A stretch of DNA of 64,000 nt from Psammoneis japonica (Eukaryota), in NCBI GenBank assembly GCA_008632985.1, contig QPGO01000015.1, forward strand, positions 497,998 to 561,997. The letters are read 5' to 3'. The notes under the pieces were generated by a model that was not told the origin of the DNA, ran no database searches, and was given only the letters and a program-made list of their open reading frames with translations. Positions within the stretch are counted from its first letter, which is position 1; every line of letters begins with the position of its first letter. The translations under genes were made by a program, and so were the position numbers. Below, in pieces: positions 23,955 through 36,200 of the stretch.

Positions 23955-24880
23955 ATGGCACTGGTGGATATCGTCACCGGGGCAAGCCAAGGAATTGGAA
24001 GCGCTGTTGCAGAATCGATAGCTTTTCAGCGAAGCTCTCAGCAACATATCAAAGCGGTGGCTACCCGTCTTACGCACTCGTTTTGGTGGGAAGGAACGAG
24101 GCCCGTGGGGCGGCTGTCGCGAAACGCATCCAAAAACTAGCGGGTGTTCCCGTCAAATTCGAATCCTGCGATGTCAGTGACTTTGGGGAAACCCTGGCGT
24201 TGGAGGAAAGAATATCAGATAATTTTGGTGATTTCAGAGTGGGTGTTCTTGTTAACGATGCTGCTGAATGCCCAAAGACACAACAATTTGTGCAGAGGAA
24301 ACGGCAGTCGTCGACAGAAAGTTCATGTTCTGTTGTGGACGCGGACAAGCAGTTTGCCACAAATGTCCTTGGCTACCACTTCATGATAAAAGTCTTCCAA
24401 GATCACTTTACATTGGATGGTTCGAAAACGCACGTGGTTAACATTGCCAGCAATTGGGCGGGAAGTCTCGATCTTAATGATCTACAGTTTACCCGCCGTC
24501 GATACGACAGCGACACAGCATACAGGCAGTCCAAGCAGTGCAACCGAATGCTCACGAAGGCATGGAGTAGAAGATTGCATGATAAAGCAGTGGTAAACAG
24601 CTGCCATCCCGGAGATCCTCGCACAACTTTATCGGTTTCTTTGGGTTACAACATGTGGAGCTCGCCTCCGTCGAGATCAATGATTGAGAATGAAACACCC
24701 ATACCTTTCTTGTGTGGGTTCGACTTGAACAAGATCAAAGATGCGTCTGACGCATACGAGATGACAACGGGTGGTTGGTTTGAGGGTCGCACCAGAGTTC
24801 CATCGCGCTGTCAGTTTGCTCGGTTGGAGACCGAGACGGAGCAGTTGTTTGAGATCTGTGAGAGCTACTGCCTCAATTAG
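23955..24880 (+). CDS. Short-chain dehydrogenase/reductase (retinol dehydrogenase-like); 1-bp frameshift near 24052
   Basis: IVTGASQGIG Rossmann motif, LVGRN, VLVNDAA, FATNVLGY, YRQSK catalytic YxxxK, NSCHPG. An alternative ATG lies at 23844. Confidence 0.85.
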
Positions 24881-24978
24881 ACCTTGTTCTTGTTATACTA
24901 TCTATTGTCTGCTTTGTTGTAAATCATCTACATGGATTCGCAATCCAACAGGCCTGATGAAGCAACAGCATCTAATCT

Positions 24979-26016
24979 CTACGACACAACGCAAAACCCC
25001 GACCCGCCGCGATCTCGACGTCTTCGTTCAACGCAAGAGTAGTGGGTAACATTCCATCTGCACTCGCAAACGTAGCACCATTCGAAACCACAAGGACACG
25101 TCATATGATTGCAGCCATCGACGCGACTTATACGAAGCGAGCACCCGGGACAAGTTTTGGTGTTTGCGATTTGTGCCACAAAAGCGTAGTCAGAATCTTT
25201 ACAATATCGCCCGTGAGATCGGCACGAAACCATGGCATGAGACCGTCGTTTCCTAGAGAAGGTGTGCCAGGGACGCGAACAGAGGCCACAAAAGACACAG
25301 TGACACTTGGCACAGACCATTCTTCTTCCATCTCGTTCATCGGCTCTTGTGGCATCAGGCACTACCTTCCAAGGATCTACGTACTCAGGAACAACCCAAA
25401 AAGGATTATCTACTTGTTCAGGAGCTGGAGCCTTGTACCAAAGCAGTGATCTTCTGTTTTCGTTGTCAATCTTTCTTTTTCGATCTCGCCTGTTTGCAAT
25501 CCAAGCATATCCGCAGTCGGGTGCCGGGCAACGCAAAATAACTTCAGATTCACCGTGCTGACCTCTCAAAGCCACTGCCATACACCATTGCTCATATCGA
25601 ATTAAGTCGTGGTGTTCAGCGCGAGTCTGAGTCCAGTATTCCCACCCAGCGTAGTATCGGGAAGTTCTTAGCGGATCTTGATGGCTGTACCACATGATGC
25701 ATTTGAGAAAGTTCAGCATGAAGCCACCGACTACTCGCCAAGTAATATTTGCATGTTGGCGTCTCAAACACAACCGAATATCAGCGTCACTTAGTTCTGC
25801 TCCGCAACCAAAAGGGCAGTTGAGAGTAGCTCTCCCGTCACCAGTTATTCCTTCCCCAAATACGGTTTGAATGTGCCGATACAGGCAGCCCTGACAAATG
25901 TAATTGCTGCAGCAACACATTACTACAGCTGTCGACGAATGAGTCGTCGGTGAAAAGTGCGTCAAGCTCTCTGCACATATGGGGCACTCCAGTGTCGCCG
26001 TACTTGCCGATGCCAT
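24979..26016 (-). CDS. RBR (RING-IBR-RING) E3 ubiquitin ligase
   Basis: CPIC...CQGC...CPFGC RING1, CPAPDC...CAKCHCVFCGLCSRPWH IBR, KTCPGC..ISRVDGCNHMTCPCGFEWCYVC RING2. Confidence 0.92.
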   Translation of the reverse strand: MASASTATLECPICAESLTHFSPTTHSSTAVVMCCCSNYICQGCLYRHIQTVFGEGITGDGRATLNCPFGCGAELSDADIRLCLRRQHANITWRVVGGFMLNFLKCIMWYSHQDPLRTSRYYAGWEYWTQTRAEHHDLIRYEQWCMAVALRGQHGESEVILRCPAPDCGYAWIANRRDRKRKIDNENRRSLLWYKAPAPEQVDNPFWVVPEYVDPWKVVPDATRADERDGRRMVCAKCHCVFCGLCSRPWHTFSRKRRSHAMVSCRSHGRYCKDSDYAFVAQIANTKTCPGCSLRISRVDGCNHMTCPCGFEWCYVCECRWNVTHYSCVERRRRDRGGSGFCVVS

Positions 26017-26342
26017 TGTTTCTTTCTTTTCGCTTTGTCGCAGGTCGCAGGCTTTCTCGTTCCTTCTGATGCGACGACTCTTCGATGAGATTTGAGATTG
26101 CTTCGTGCAAATTCGTGTCTCGAGTAGCAGGAGACAATCTAAAATCTGGGCTTCACCAGAACCCCTCTCGCACGCAGATTGCTATGTACTGTAATGCATG
26201 CTTCGAGTTATATTACGTAACGTCTGTCTGATCACGGCCTACCCGGCTCTTCTTTCCATCTCGGCGTGAAGCTCGACGACTCCCCAATCGTGCGCTCGAC
26301 GCTCGACTGTTTTCATTAGCACTCACATTGAGAGGAGGCACC

Positions 26343-26723
26343 ATGGTGTCTTCAGTTGCGGGTGCGCGGTTCAGTCGAGCTGTCCTTATGGTTCGGGGTT
26401 CCGAAGGTCTACAGAGGGCGGTTGAGTTCTATCACAAAGGCCTTGGATTGATGGTGGTACGTCATACGGACGAGTGGGCTGAACTCGCAGCAGCAAATAA
26501 TTTCTCGTTGAATGTGCAAGCTGTTCAAGGAGAAGCGCAGTTGAGTACAGGATACACCCCTCTGCTGTCATTTGATGTGGATGATCTGAATTCTGTGGTA
26601 GCCAACTGTGCTCACCTAGGTGCTCACCTCGATGGGCCAATACAGCATCCTGCACATGGAAAAGTGGCAGCGCTGCGAACTCCTGACGGGCACATGATTG
26701 GACTGTACGAGCCGAATGCATGA
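26343..26723 (+). CDS. Glyoxalase/bleomycin-resistance (VOC) family protein
   Basis: AVEFYHKGLGL, LSFDVDDL, HGKVAALRTPDGHMIGLYE. Confidence 0.88.
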   Translation: MVSSVAGARFSRAVLMVRGSEGLQRAVEFYHKGLGLMVVRHTDEWAELAAANNFSLNVQAVQGEAQLSTGYTPLLSFDVDDLNSVVANCAHLGAHLDGPIQHPAHGKVAALRTPDGHMIGLYEPNA

Positions 26724-27154
26724 TTGAACGAAGCACGGAGGGTTTGGATTGCGTGAAACGTAATATGCCTAGATGTGTTATATTGGGGAGCAATTCCGCA
26801 ATCTCGTCTTCCTGCCCATGTAGATGGCGTCGCTTCATCGGGGGCTCGAAAACAGTGAGGTTCATTGGTTCGTGAAGTTAGGCGGTTGCAGTTACGACCT
26901 GACTTGGATCCTTTCCATCTCTCTTTTTGGATCTCTCTGCAGTGTTCTGGTATCATAAACAATGGCACAGATTCTTCTATCGCAGCACCAGAGAGTAGAG
27001 AAGACACGAGTTTTAATGCCCCACTATTAAACTCACTCTACCAATCCAGTTTCTTTAGAACTAAATCTGAATCCGTCAGAAACGATGCCACTTACACCTA
27101 GGGGCACGTTCCAATATGCGTTGAGACCGCCAACAAAAGCCGTCTAGTCTACGT

Positions 27155-28540
27155 CTACTTGTATTCTTCTTGAATCAGTTTGGCAATTGTTTGGAGCTGG
27201 ATATTTGACGTCCCTTCGTAGATGCTTCCGACTTTGCAGTCACGGTAGAACTTCTCCGCAAGCAAGTCCTTTGTGAAACCAATTCCTCCAAGCCACTCAA
27301 TACTCTTGCTTGCCGCACGCTCTGCCACTTGACTGGCGTAGAGTTTGACCATGCTCGCTTCTTTTATGAAGGGCAACCCAGACTCCTTCATCCTACAAGC
27401 ATTGTACATCATTACCTCAGCGGCATGTATTTCTGTCGCAATCTGCGCATATTGGTGCTGCATTCCTTGAAAGTCACCAATGGCTGTACCAAACTGCTGC
27501 CGCTCATTCAAGTAGGGCATTACAACGTCAAAGCACCCCTTTGCGATTCCAACTTGCTGAGCTCCAATACCAATCCTCCCTTCGTTTAGAATGTTGATAC
27601 AGTATTTGTAACCCATACCCACCTCTCCCAACACGTCCGCCGCATCAACCTTTACGTCTTCGAACGTCACTGGACACGTGGAGGAGGCACGCAGACCCAA
27701 CTTGTTTTCAGGCTTTCCGACTGCAATGCCTTCTGATGTTGCGTCAACCATAAACGCAGTAATACCCTTGTATCCTTTAGTGGGATCGACATTGGCAAAA
27801 ACAAGAATACCCCAGCTTCTCTGGAGCTCGAGATCCAGAGCTTTGTTCCGTTAAGAGTATAGTATGACCCATCCGGTGACTTTGACGCGGTCATCTTCAT
27901 TGAAAACGCATCCGACCCTGATCCCGCTTCCGACAAACAGAATGATGAAACTGTATCTGTGGCCAAACGAGGAAGCCACCTCTGCTGGAGATCGTCAGAG
28001 CCCCAAAATCGGATTGCATTGATTGTCAATGTGTTGTGAATATCTACCAAGATTGACACTGACGGGTCGACACGAGACAATTCTTCCACAGCAAGACAGG
28101 CCGAAGTAAATGACATGGCGGAGCCTCCGAATTTCTCGGGAATTTCCTATCAAGATAAAAATTTAGAGAGAGGGTTGAGAAGTTCGTCTTGACAATATAA
28201 AGGAAGATTGGAAATTCAGAACGGACGAGACACTGAACACGAGCCTTACCATTCCCATCAACCCACAATCAAACAAACCTTGAAGGATATCTGGTCTGAG
28301 TTGGGCCTCGTTGTCCATATCTCGAACAACGGGCTTTAATTTTTCTTGTGCCCACTGTCTTATGGCGTCTCTTGTCATTTCCTCGTCTTCCGTAAAGGTT
28401 GTCACAGGGGCATGATGCAGCATGCCGTTGTCCGGATGCATTTCAGAAGACACAGAAGAAAGAGCTCGGAATGCATAGTTTTGGGCAAAAGTAACACTTG
28501 CTCTGTTCACTGAAGAGCTTCTCAAGGCAAGGCGAAGCAT
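27155..28540 (-). CDS. ACADSB: Short/branched-chain acyl-CoA dehydrogenase, mitochondrial; intron 28249-28147; 1-bp frameshift near 27802
   Basis: Mitochondrial presequence [73 protein letters not shown]. Confidence 0.9.
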
Positions 28541-28960
28541 GATACCTCTTCTAATGTCTATCTCAATGATGCAAACAACTCTCCAAGGAGGTTGAAATGA
28601 CAATGACAGCTTGACAGCAAAACGAAAAAAAGGAATTCTTGATGGAACAGCTGACATCGGGGAATTCGCAATCTACACGAATTCTACGTTTTTCCTGTAC
28701 TAAGCTTGGAGGGAGTTTAGTCCCGCAAACAATCATGTGGTCATGCTTCACGACTGCCTGCCCCGCGAAGAAAGCGCGCGTTTTGCCACGTCCGTCACGA
28801 GCACGACAGATGCAAGCGCGCGAAGCAAGCGAAGATCGAAGAGCAGAGGCGAGAGGCGAAGATGCCAAAAGCAACAGAGGAAACGACATTCATCACAGTT
28901 GAACAGCTTTCGTTACCACCCAGCGGCAGCATATCTCTATAAAGTAGTTGATTGATTACA

Positions 28961-31900
28961 ATGAGTGGCTTTCTCCCTGATTTGGCGAGCTGGGCTTTGG
29001 GCGGAGGAGCCGGAGAAGCGAACAATGACGAGGGTGGTGAGGGGCACGATTCGGCGCAACCTTCAGCCCCACCAGAACCCGCAATGACTGCTGATGAGAT
29101 GCGTGCTCGTCGATTGGCACGAATGACAGCGATGGCTAGTGCTCCACCGGTGGATGCTATGGACGTGGATACTCCGACTCAGGGAGACGCGATGGACGTT
29201 GAGAAACCTGCTGGTAGCGGAGATCAGGTTGAGAAGATGGATGTGGAGCCGACACCTGCTAAAGCGCCGCCGCCAGAGATTACAACCAAATCGGAATCAA
29301 CACCTGTAGACTCAGCGACTGTAGCGCTTCCTTCCAAGACTCCAGCTATGGTACCAAAGGAAGAAAAACAAAAGCGAAAACGCACCAAGGAACCTCCCTC
29401 GCCCGCTGATACAGCGAGGAAGCTTCAACGCAAGAAGGAGGCGCTTCTCAAAAAGATTCTCTCAATCACCTTGAAAGGCACGTCCACAGTTGCCGACTCG
29501 GGTTGTGTGGTGGTTGATATTGATGATACTACGATAAGTGTCCAGACAATTGCAGAAATTCTGGCCGCTCGTCTTTCACTTCCGGCGAATGCTCCGCAGA
29601 TGCAGTCGGTTCCCAACAAGGCCATTCTGCCTTATCTTGGCCAGAGCCACAAGCGCGCATCTGAAGAGCTCAAGCTCTCAAGACAGCAGCAAAAGGGATC
29701 GTCTGAGGAGCTCGAGAGTATTCTTCAGGAGATCCAGAAGCAGGTTGTAAGCTATGCCGCATCCTCTTTGATGGAACCGGATTTGTTTGAGCTCGCAAAG
29801 GACGGAAGCGCCCAGTTGGCAAAATTGTTGATCAACGGGTCCTCAGATCCGGTAGCGTCCATTACGTTTGGAGTTTCAGGACCGTCATCTTCCTTTTACT
29901 ATTGTCTCTGCGAAGAACTCATCTCGCAGGAGATGTCTGTATTCGAGTCGGTGATATCAGATACGGTTTCGAGTTTGACCAAATCTCTCTCCCAGTGCGA
30001 AACGGTTCTTGACGGAAGTGACGAGGGAGGTGGACTAGTTCTCGTTACGGCTCTCTCCGCCCTTTGCAGTCATAAAAAGGCAGCCATCTGTCTTACGAAG
30101 GTACCAACCTTCTTGCTACCCAAGCCAGGGACTGCGGAAGCTTCCGAACGCATTACGCCGCCACCACCCGTAATTCCACCTGGAGCATCTGCTCAGCAGC
30201 AGCGCTTTATGAGATTCATGCAAGTAATGCAAGGTGGTGGAGGCTACAACAAGCGATCGGGACCTGGGCTTGAGAAACACACTGTCCTTGGATTGGTTTT
30301 GAGATTGGGTTTGCCCAGGGATCACACTTCTGTCGCTGGGGCCTTTCAAAACATGACTACACGCTCTGCTGTCGACAGCACCACAAGCGGGATGAGGAGG
30401 CAGCTTCGTATTTATCAAGACGCGTGTAACGCGTTGATTCGATCGTTGATCACTGCTGGGGCGGAGCCACGGGGACAGGTAAGTGACACGTCAAAGAGGA
30501 GGTCAAGTTTTTCTCTAGCTCGATATGATCAGAACTCACTTTTTCTTTCACCTGCAGGTGATAAGGTGGATTATCGACGCTTTGCTTGTCAACGTTGGCG
30601 CGACGGCAATGCGTCCTGATTCAAACAAGGTCAGCAACCCGCAAACACTTCTGAATCTCTCCGTAGTCCTTCTCAAGCTATGTGAGCCCTTCCTATCCGA
30701 TGACAAGAAGATGCATCTGATTGATCCCGGTTTTGTATCATCTGAGGCTGACCATGGTGGTGTATACACCATGACCGGCGACGACGCCGTGACACGTCTA
30801 GGAGAGAACCCAACGCCATCCGGGTCGTACGACCCTAAGAATCGCTTCATTCCGCAGTGCTTCTTCTTTACTGCACGTGCCTTACATTTGGGAATCGTCC
30901 CAGGTTCTGCCTACCACACAAACCTGCTTCGACAGATTAGCCATACTCATTGGACCCTGCGACAGCGCAACGCTGATTTGACATCAGACCCGCAGTTCAA
31001 CCACTTGCTCACGGTTCAGCATGCGAATGAAGTTTCGCTATTGGCACCTGAGGCGTTGAGCGACTCACTCAGATTCTTCAATCTAAGTGCTGGTGTGTTG
31101 CTCCGAATGAATGATGACCAGTTGCCTCTTATGCCAGAACACTTTGTGGACGATATCTGCGATGTCATGGTGTTTGTGACTAGGATGTCACCCGATACAA
31201 TGCGACAACTGGACTTTGGTAACATCTTCAAGATGGTTGTCAAGTTGCTGTCCCCAAAATATGCACACGTGAGTTTCGCTCTCTCTTTTTGGCTTTGGCG
31301 TTAACCTTGTTTCTGTACTACTTTGACTTACATTTCTGCGTTCCTGTTCTATACAATCGCGTTTTGAAGGCTGTGCGAAACTACAACCTGAGGGCAAAGC
31401 TAGGTGATGTTTTGCACGACGTCTACCTGCCATCAGGCATCGATGACCGCAACTCCGTTCCCGATTCGGTGTCATGCGACCCCCTGGCAGGTGGTCAACC
31501 ATACCTCCTATCAGATACATCTGCGCAAGAGACTCTGGCTCCATCCCTACTCTTGCTCTACGGAGAGGTAGAACATACCGGTTACTACGAAAAGATGGGC
31601 CATAGGGCGAACATATCGGCGCTGCTAAAGTATCTATGGGAGAGCAAGGAGCATCGGCCCGCATTCCGGCGCATCACGCAGAATAAGGAAAGTTTCATCA
31701 AGTTTGCCAATGGTATCATGAACGAAACCAACAGCTTGATTGCCAGTGTCATGGAGAAACTCCCCGAGATTCGACAGGTTCAGGTGCAGATGGCGAATCC
31801 ACAGCAATGGGCAGCGATCCCAGAAGAGCAGAGGGAGACAATCACTAGTCGTCACGAGGATAACGAGCAAGAAGTCAAACGTGCGCTTCCTCTGTGCAAC

Positions 31901-32647
31901 AAGACGCTACAGATGCTTGGATTCCTCAACACCGACGAAGACATTCGAGACCTCTTTTTGTTACAGGAAATGTGTCCGCGTCTTGTAAATATGCTCCTGC
32001 ATGTGTTGACGAAACTGGTCGGATCCAAGGGTCTGGAACTGAAGGTATGTATGCTTTTTTGTAGTTTGATCAAATCGGCAAAATGCTCGAGTTGCATTTG
32101 ACTCAAGTTTAAATTATCTCGTATTTGTTCACAGGTTGATAACCCAGAAAGCTATAACTTCCGTCCAAAGGAGATGCTTCGCGACCTGTGTGCTATTTTT
32201 GCATCCTTCGCCTCCTCTCCTGAGTTCCAAGTCGAATGTGCAAAAAGTGGATACTACAACAGCGAACTCGTTACGAAGTCAGTAAGCACGTGCCGTCGGT
32301 TGAATCTACTGACGGGAGAGACGATGGAGCAGTTTGCGTCACTTCCTGGCTTGGTCGAGGAGGCTGCCAAGACGGTTGCAAGCGATGACGCATTGTTGCA
32401 CGATGCACCGGAGGAGTTTTTGGACCCACTAATGTTTACCTTTATGAAGGATCCCGTATTTCTACCCACAAGTGAAACTGTGATTGATCGCTCCACCATC
32501 ACGCAGCATTTACTCAACGACCCCCATGACCCTTTCAATCGGAAGGATTTGACGATTGATATGGTCGTGCCAGCTACCGAAATGAAAGAAAAAATGACGA
32601 AATGGCTTGAGGAGAAGCGCCAGAGTCGAGATAACGAAAGCGGATGA
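28961..32647 (+). CDS. UFD2: U-box E4 ubiquitin ligase UFD2/UBE4; introns 30479-30557, 31269-31369, 32045-32134
   Basis: Ufd2P core (CFFFTARALHLG, MPEHFVDDI, RNYNLRAKL, EVEHTG) and C-terminal U-box (PEEFLDPLMFTFMKDPVFLP...IDRSTITQHLLNDPHDPFNR). All three introns are GT-AG and keep the frame. Confidence 0.95.
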
Positions 32648-33158
32648 AGAAGTTTTGGCTCGAGGAGTACATTAGAGTGCAAGCTCGATGGTGGTGTCAT
32701 CTGGCAGAACGGATGATGATTCATTACATCGATTTGCGCGGGTGGATAGTAGTGTGACATGATTTGAAAGAGTGGTCCTTCTTGTGCGTTGTTGTGCCGT
32801 ATGCCAGTCTAGAACATAGGATACCCCCCCAACGGATTTATAGCGAGCCCACAGAAACCGGCGCAATGCGGGCTCTCGTCCATGTCATGCAGCGGTAGTT
32901 CATGACCCTACGCAACGAGATATACTAGAGATACACCACCTCTTGACTCGGTATCAATCTGACGAGTGCGCATCTTCCGAAACACAACACAGAGACAAAA
33001 TTCAAGAAGGAACACATGACACCGGCAAGAAACGATGTACGTCTCTGAGTGGCATGTGCAGTTCTGTTTGAATTTATTGTGAAGTGTATTAATAGGAAAC
33101 ACGGACGAATCAGACTTTCTCTATGGCGGTGTTTGCTTTTGGAAGGAACTCCGAGAAC

Positions 33159-33539
33159 CTACTGAGAAACCGGAACGTCACGATTGCGAAGCTGCATCAC
33201 GTCATCAGACGGATCCTCCTCTTTATCTTTCTCGGCCGAACCTTCCTTTTCTACTTCTTCCTTTTCGTCTTGATCCTCCTCTTTGGGAAGGTCAAAGTCA
33301 GGCTCCAATCCCTGAGACCTCTTGAGATGAACAGAGAAAAGCTCCTCACCGATGCTCCGGCTTCGCTTTCGCGGAACTTCGACTTCCAGGTCTCTATCGT
33401 CTTCGGACTCCTCATCGGATGACTCATTTTCGCCTTCAGCTTTCTTCCGATGTTGATTCCGTTGAAGGTGGACCAGATAGAGCTCTTCACCAATGGTTCG
33501 TTTGAGGGAGTTGGGACTTAGCGCTGATGTTTCTGTCAT
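33159..33539 (-). CDS. Small acidic protein of unknown function with a duplicated [T/S]IGEEL[Y/F]xVHLxR motif
   Basis: ATG-started 126-aa ORF with normal CpG/TpA content and protein-like composition. Confidence 0.7.
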   Translation of the reverse strand: MTETSALSPNSLKRTIGEELYLVHLQRNQHRKKAEGENESSDEESEDDRDLEVEVPRKRSRSIGEELFSVHLKRSQGLEPDFDLPKEEDQDEKEEVEKEGSAEKDKEEDPSDDVMQLRNRDVPVSQ

Positions 33540-33679
33540 GTTGGATGTTGCGAATGTTGGGATGAATGCAAGTGCGAAGAATCAAATTTGTGAAGAACAA
33601 GATTTTGGTAAAGATTTCATGCTCGTGGCTGGTTAACGACAAGCCCATAGCCCAATCTCTTTGTCTGACTTCGAGCCAA

Positions 33680-33805
33680 AGTAAGCTAAATGGTTAGTGT
33701 AAATCGTTAAGTGTCATTTCCACTTCGACACAAAGAAAGCTAAATGGTTAGTGTAAATCGTTAAGTGTCATTTCCACTTCCATACAAAGACAGCTAAATG
33801 CTTAA
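33680..33805. repeat. 54-bp tandem repeat, about 2.3 copies (also at +2617)
   Basis: agctaaatggttagtgtaaatcgttaagtgtcatttccacttc at 33684 and 33738, partial at 33792. Confidence 0.9.
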
Positions 33806-34249
33806 CGGTAGTGGTCAGATTTCAAAATCTGAGCAATACAGAAATGTCAATGATGAATAAGGATTTTAGATTGCTTCTGCCGTAAATATCATTACGCCAA
33901 TGCCACTAATGAATACACAAATGAATTTGTATTCCATCCTTTTCCTGAACTTTGATCTATCGGCATTTTCGATACGAGTGCTCGACGCGATGACAATGAG
34001 GCATGCTTGTATGTGTCATGGCCATAAGCTGTGAGGCGTACCGTCACATTTGGATTGAACTCGGGGATCTTGATGTCGAAAGTAGCCATTTGTTTGACAT
34101 TCGTGATTTTTCATCGCCCACAAACTGGGATTTCAACTGAGTCGAGTTGATGTTGGACGTGTTTCAAAGCACTGCGTTTGATGAAACAATTGAGGGCTCT
34201 GGAATTATGGCATTTTATGCCATGGAGACTTAAAACAGCAAATGGGTTG

Positions 34250-36200
34250 ACAATCAAGCAGTGATCGGGTTTGCCAACATTTCCAAAAATGTGACAACAA
34301 AAGTTGCATCACTCAACAACCAACAACATCTCAAGAGATGGAAACAAGAAAAGTGACTCCTCTTTGCACTTGAATTAAAAGAGACAACAATGCACAACAA
34401 ACATTTGAGAAGGACAAGAAGCTCTTGAATGCATGGAACCAGAAGAGAGTCAATGAATCGCTCTTGTTTTGAACCTCTTGACCTGTTCTGTCCATGATGG
34501 TGGTTGGCTGAAAGGTTGGTGGTGGTTTTTTTGTGTGACTTGCAGCTTGAGGCATGTTGATGCATGAACACATGGCCCATGTGTGGTGTCACCTTTGGAA
34601 AGTGCCACTTGTGGAGCTTGGGTGGACAACTCTCTGTGCTCAAGCTTTGTCCGCCAAATGCTCCATCAAAGTCCAGATGCTGCCACATCCCACCCGACCA
34701 TTGACACAAAACAGTTCTTGCAAAATGTTGTTGCCTGTTTCCCTCTTCCTCTGCAGAGCAGCCCTCTTGGTGACAGTGCTGCCCACATGCCAGAATGTGC
34801 TCAAGAATGCTTTCCATTTTGCCAGCAAAGATGCCCAACGCGGGCTGTGTGGGCTCGAATCTCTCTCAAGACAAGCTGACATTTGTGCCTGGCACTGGCA
34901 GCAATGCTCAGCCCTCCTTCCTGTTTGACTTCCCAGGAGTGTGCCCAGATCTCCTGCGTGCTGAGTGGCTCAACCACAAGAGTCGCTGTCTTTGTCAGTT
35001 TTGTCAGCAGGATGTGCCAAGGCTGCTCTGGCCATGTGTGTGCAAGGACAGCTGCGACAGCGCTTTCTGCTGTCAGCAAAGAGTGTGAGCTGGCTGGACT
35101 GCCCAACCCCACACTTCACAGCTCCTTGGCAGTCACTCCAAATCAAGTGCCAACTTGGGGTCAACCGCACCTGGCTGGCTGCAATGCAAAGACAGCTGTG
35201 GCAGCACTTTGTGACAACAAAGAGAGTGCGAGCTGGCTGGGCTCCCAACCCCACACTTCACAGCCCCTCAGCACTGGCTCCCAATCAAATGCCAACTTGG
35301 GGCCAATGGCTGTGAAGCCATCATTGCAAATCCCTGTGCCTGCCCCCTCACACAGCTTTGCACAGGGTCAACATGTGTGGCCTTTGCAAGATGGGCCCTG
35401 GCTGGCTGCTGGCTCTTCAGCCACACGGCTTGCACAACAAGCCACCACAACACAGAGCACTGTGGGGTGAGTGCAGCACAGCCCAAACAAGCACACCATG
35501 CTGAGATCACCCAGAGTTGGCTGCTGTCCTGGGGCTCCATTCAAAGCTGGGCTGGGCTGCTTGGCTCCTTGGTGTGCAGCACATGCTTGGCATCACATTC
35601 TTGTTGCCAAGCAGCCACATGGCATGTGCCCACCATTTGTGCCTGCAACAGCGACCCCAGCCACAAAGAAGCCAACAAAAAGTTGAACCTGGTTTTGTGG
35701 TTGAAGAGTGAAGAAACTGTGAGTGAAGTTTGGTTCAAGATTTGTTGGCAATGCCAAGTGCGCAACCAAAGAGAGGCGCCAAAAATGGCTGTTCTTGCTC
35801 ATTTCTCAAGAGGAGCTTGCGCTCATGATGCAGGGTCTGAAGCAAGCACCAGCCAAGACAACAGTTTTTTCTCTCTGCCCCACTTAAAACACAGCCTTTG
35901 AGTCAATGTGGTGCTCCTTCAACAACTCACGCACACTGGGAAGAGCAGCTGGAGCCAGGGCAGCTGGCCTGGCAGGGCTTGGCTGATGCCCAAGCTGGGC
36001 TGCTCAGCCTGGTGGCACACACTCAGTGCCACATTGTCACCCTCCTGCAACTGCAATGTGCCCCACTCTTTGCACCTGCAGCAACCACCCTGGATCAAAA
36101 GAAGCCAGTGCAACTCTGGCCATGGTTGCATGGTCAATTGTGTGTGTGTGTTCAACGGTTGATTCCCCTCTTTTTTTCTCTTTTCCTTTAACCGGCCACG
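34250..36200. mobile_element. Decayed CpG/TpA-depleted element of unknown family (second copy about 36870-38815)
   Basis: Same dinucleotide signature as the copia island, no recognisable domain. Confidence 0.55.
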
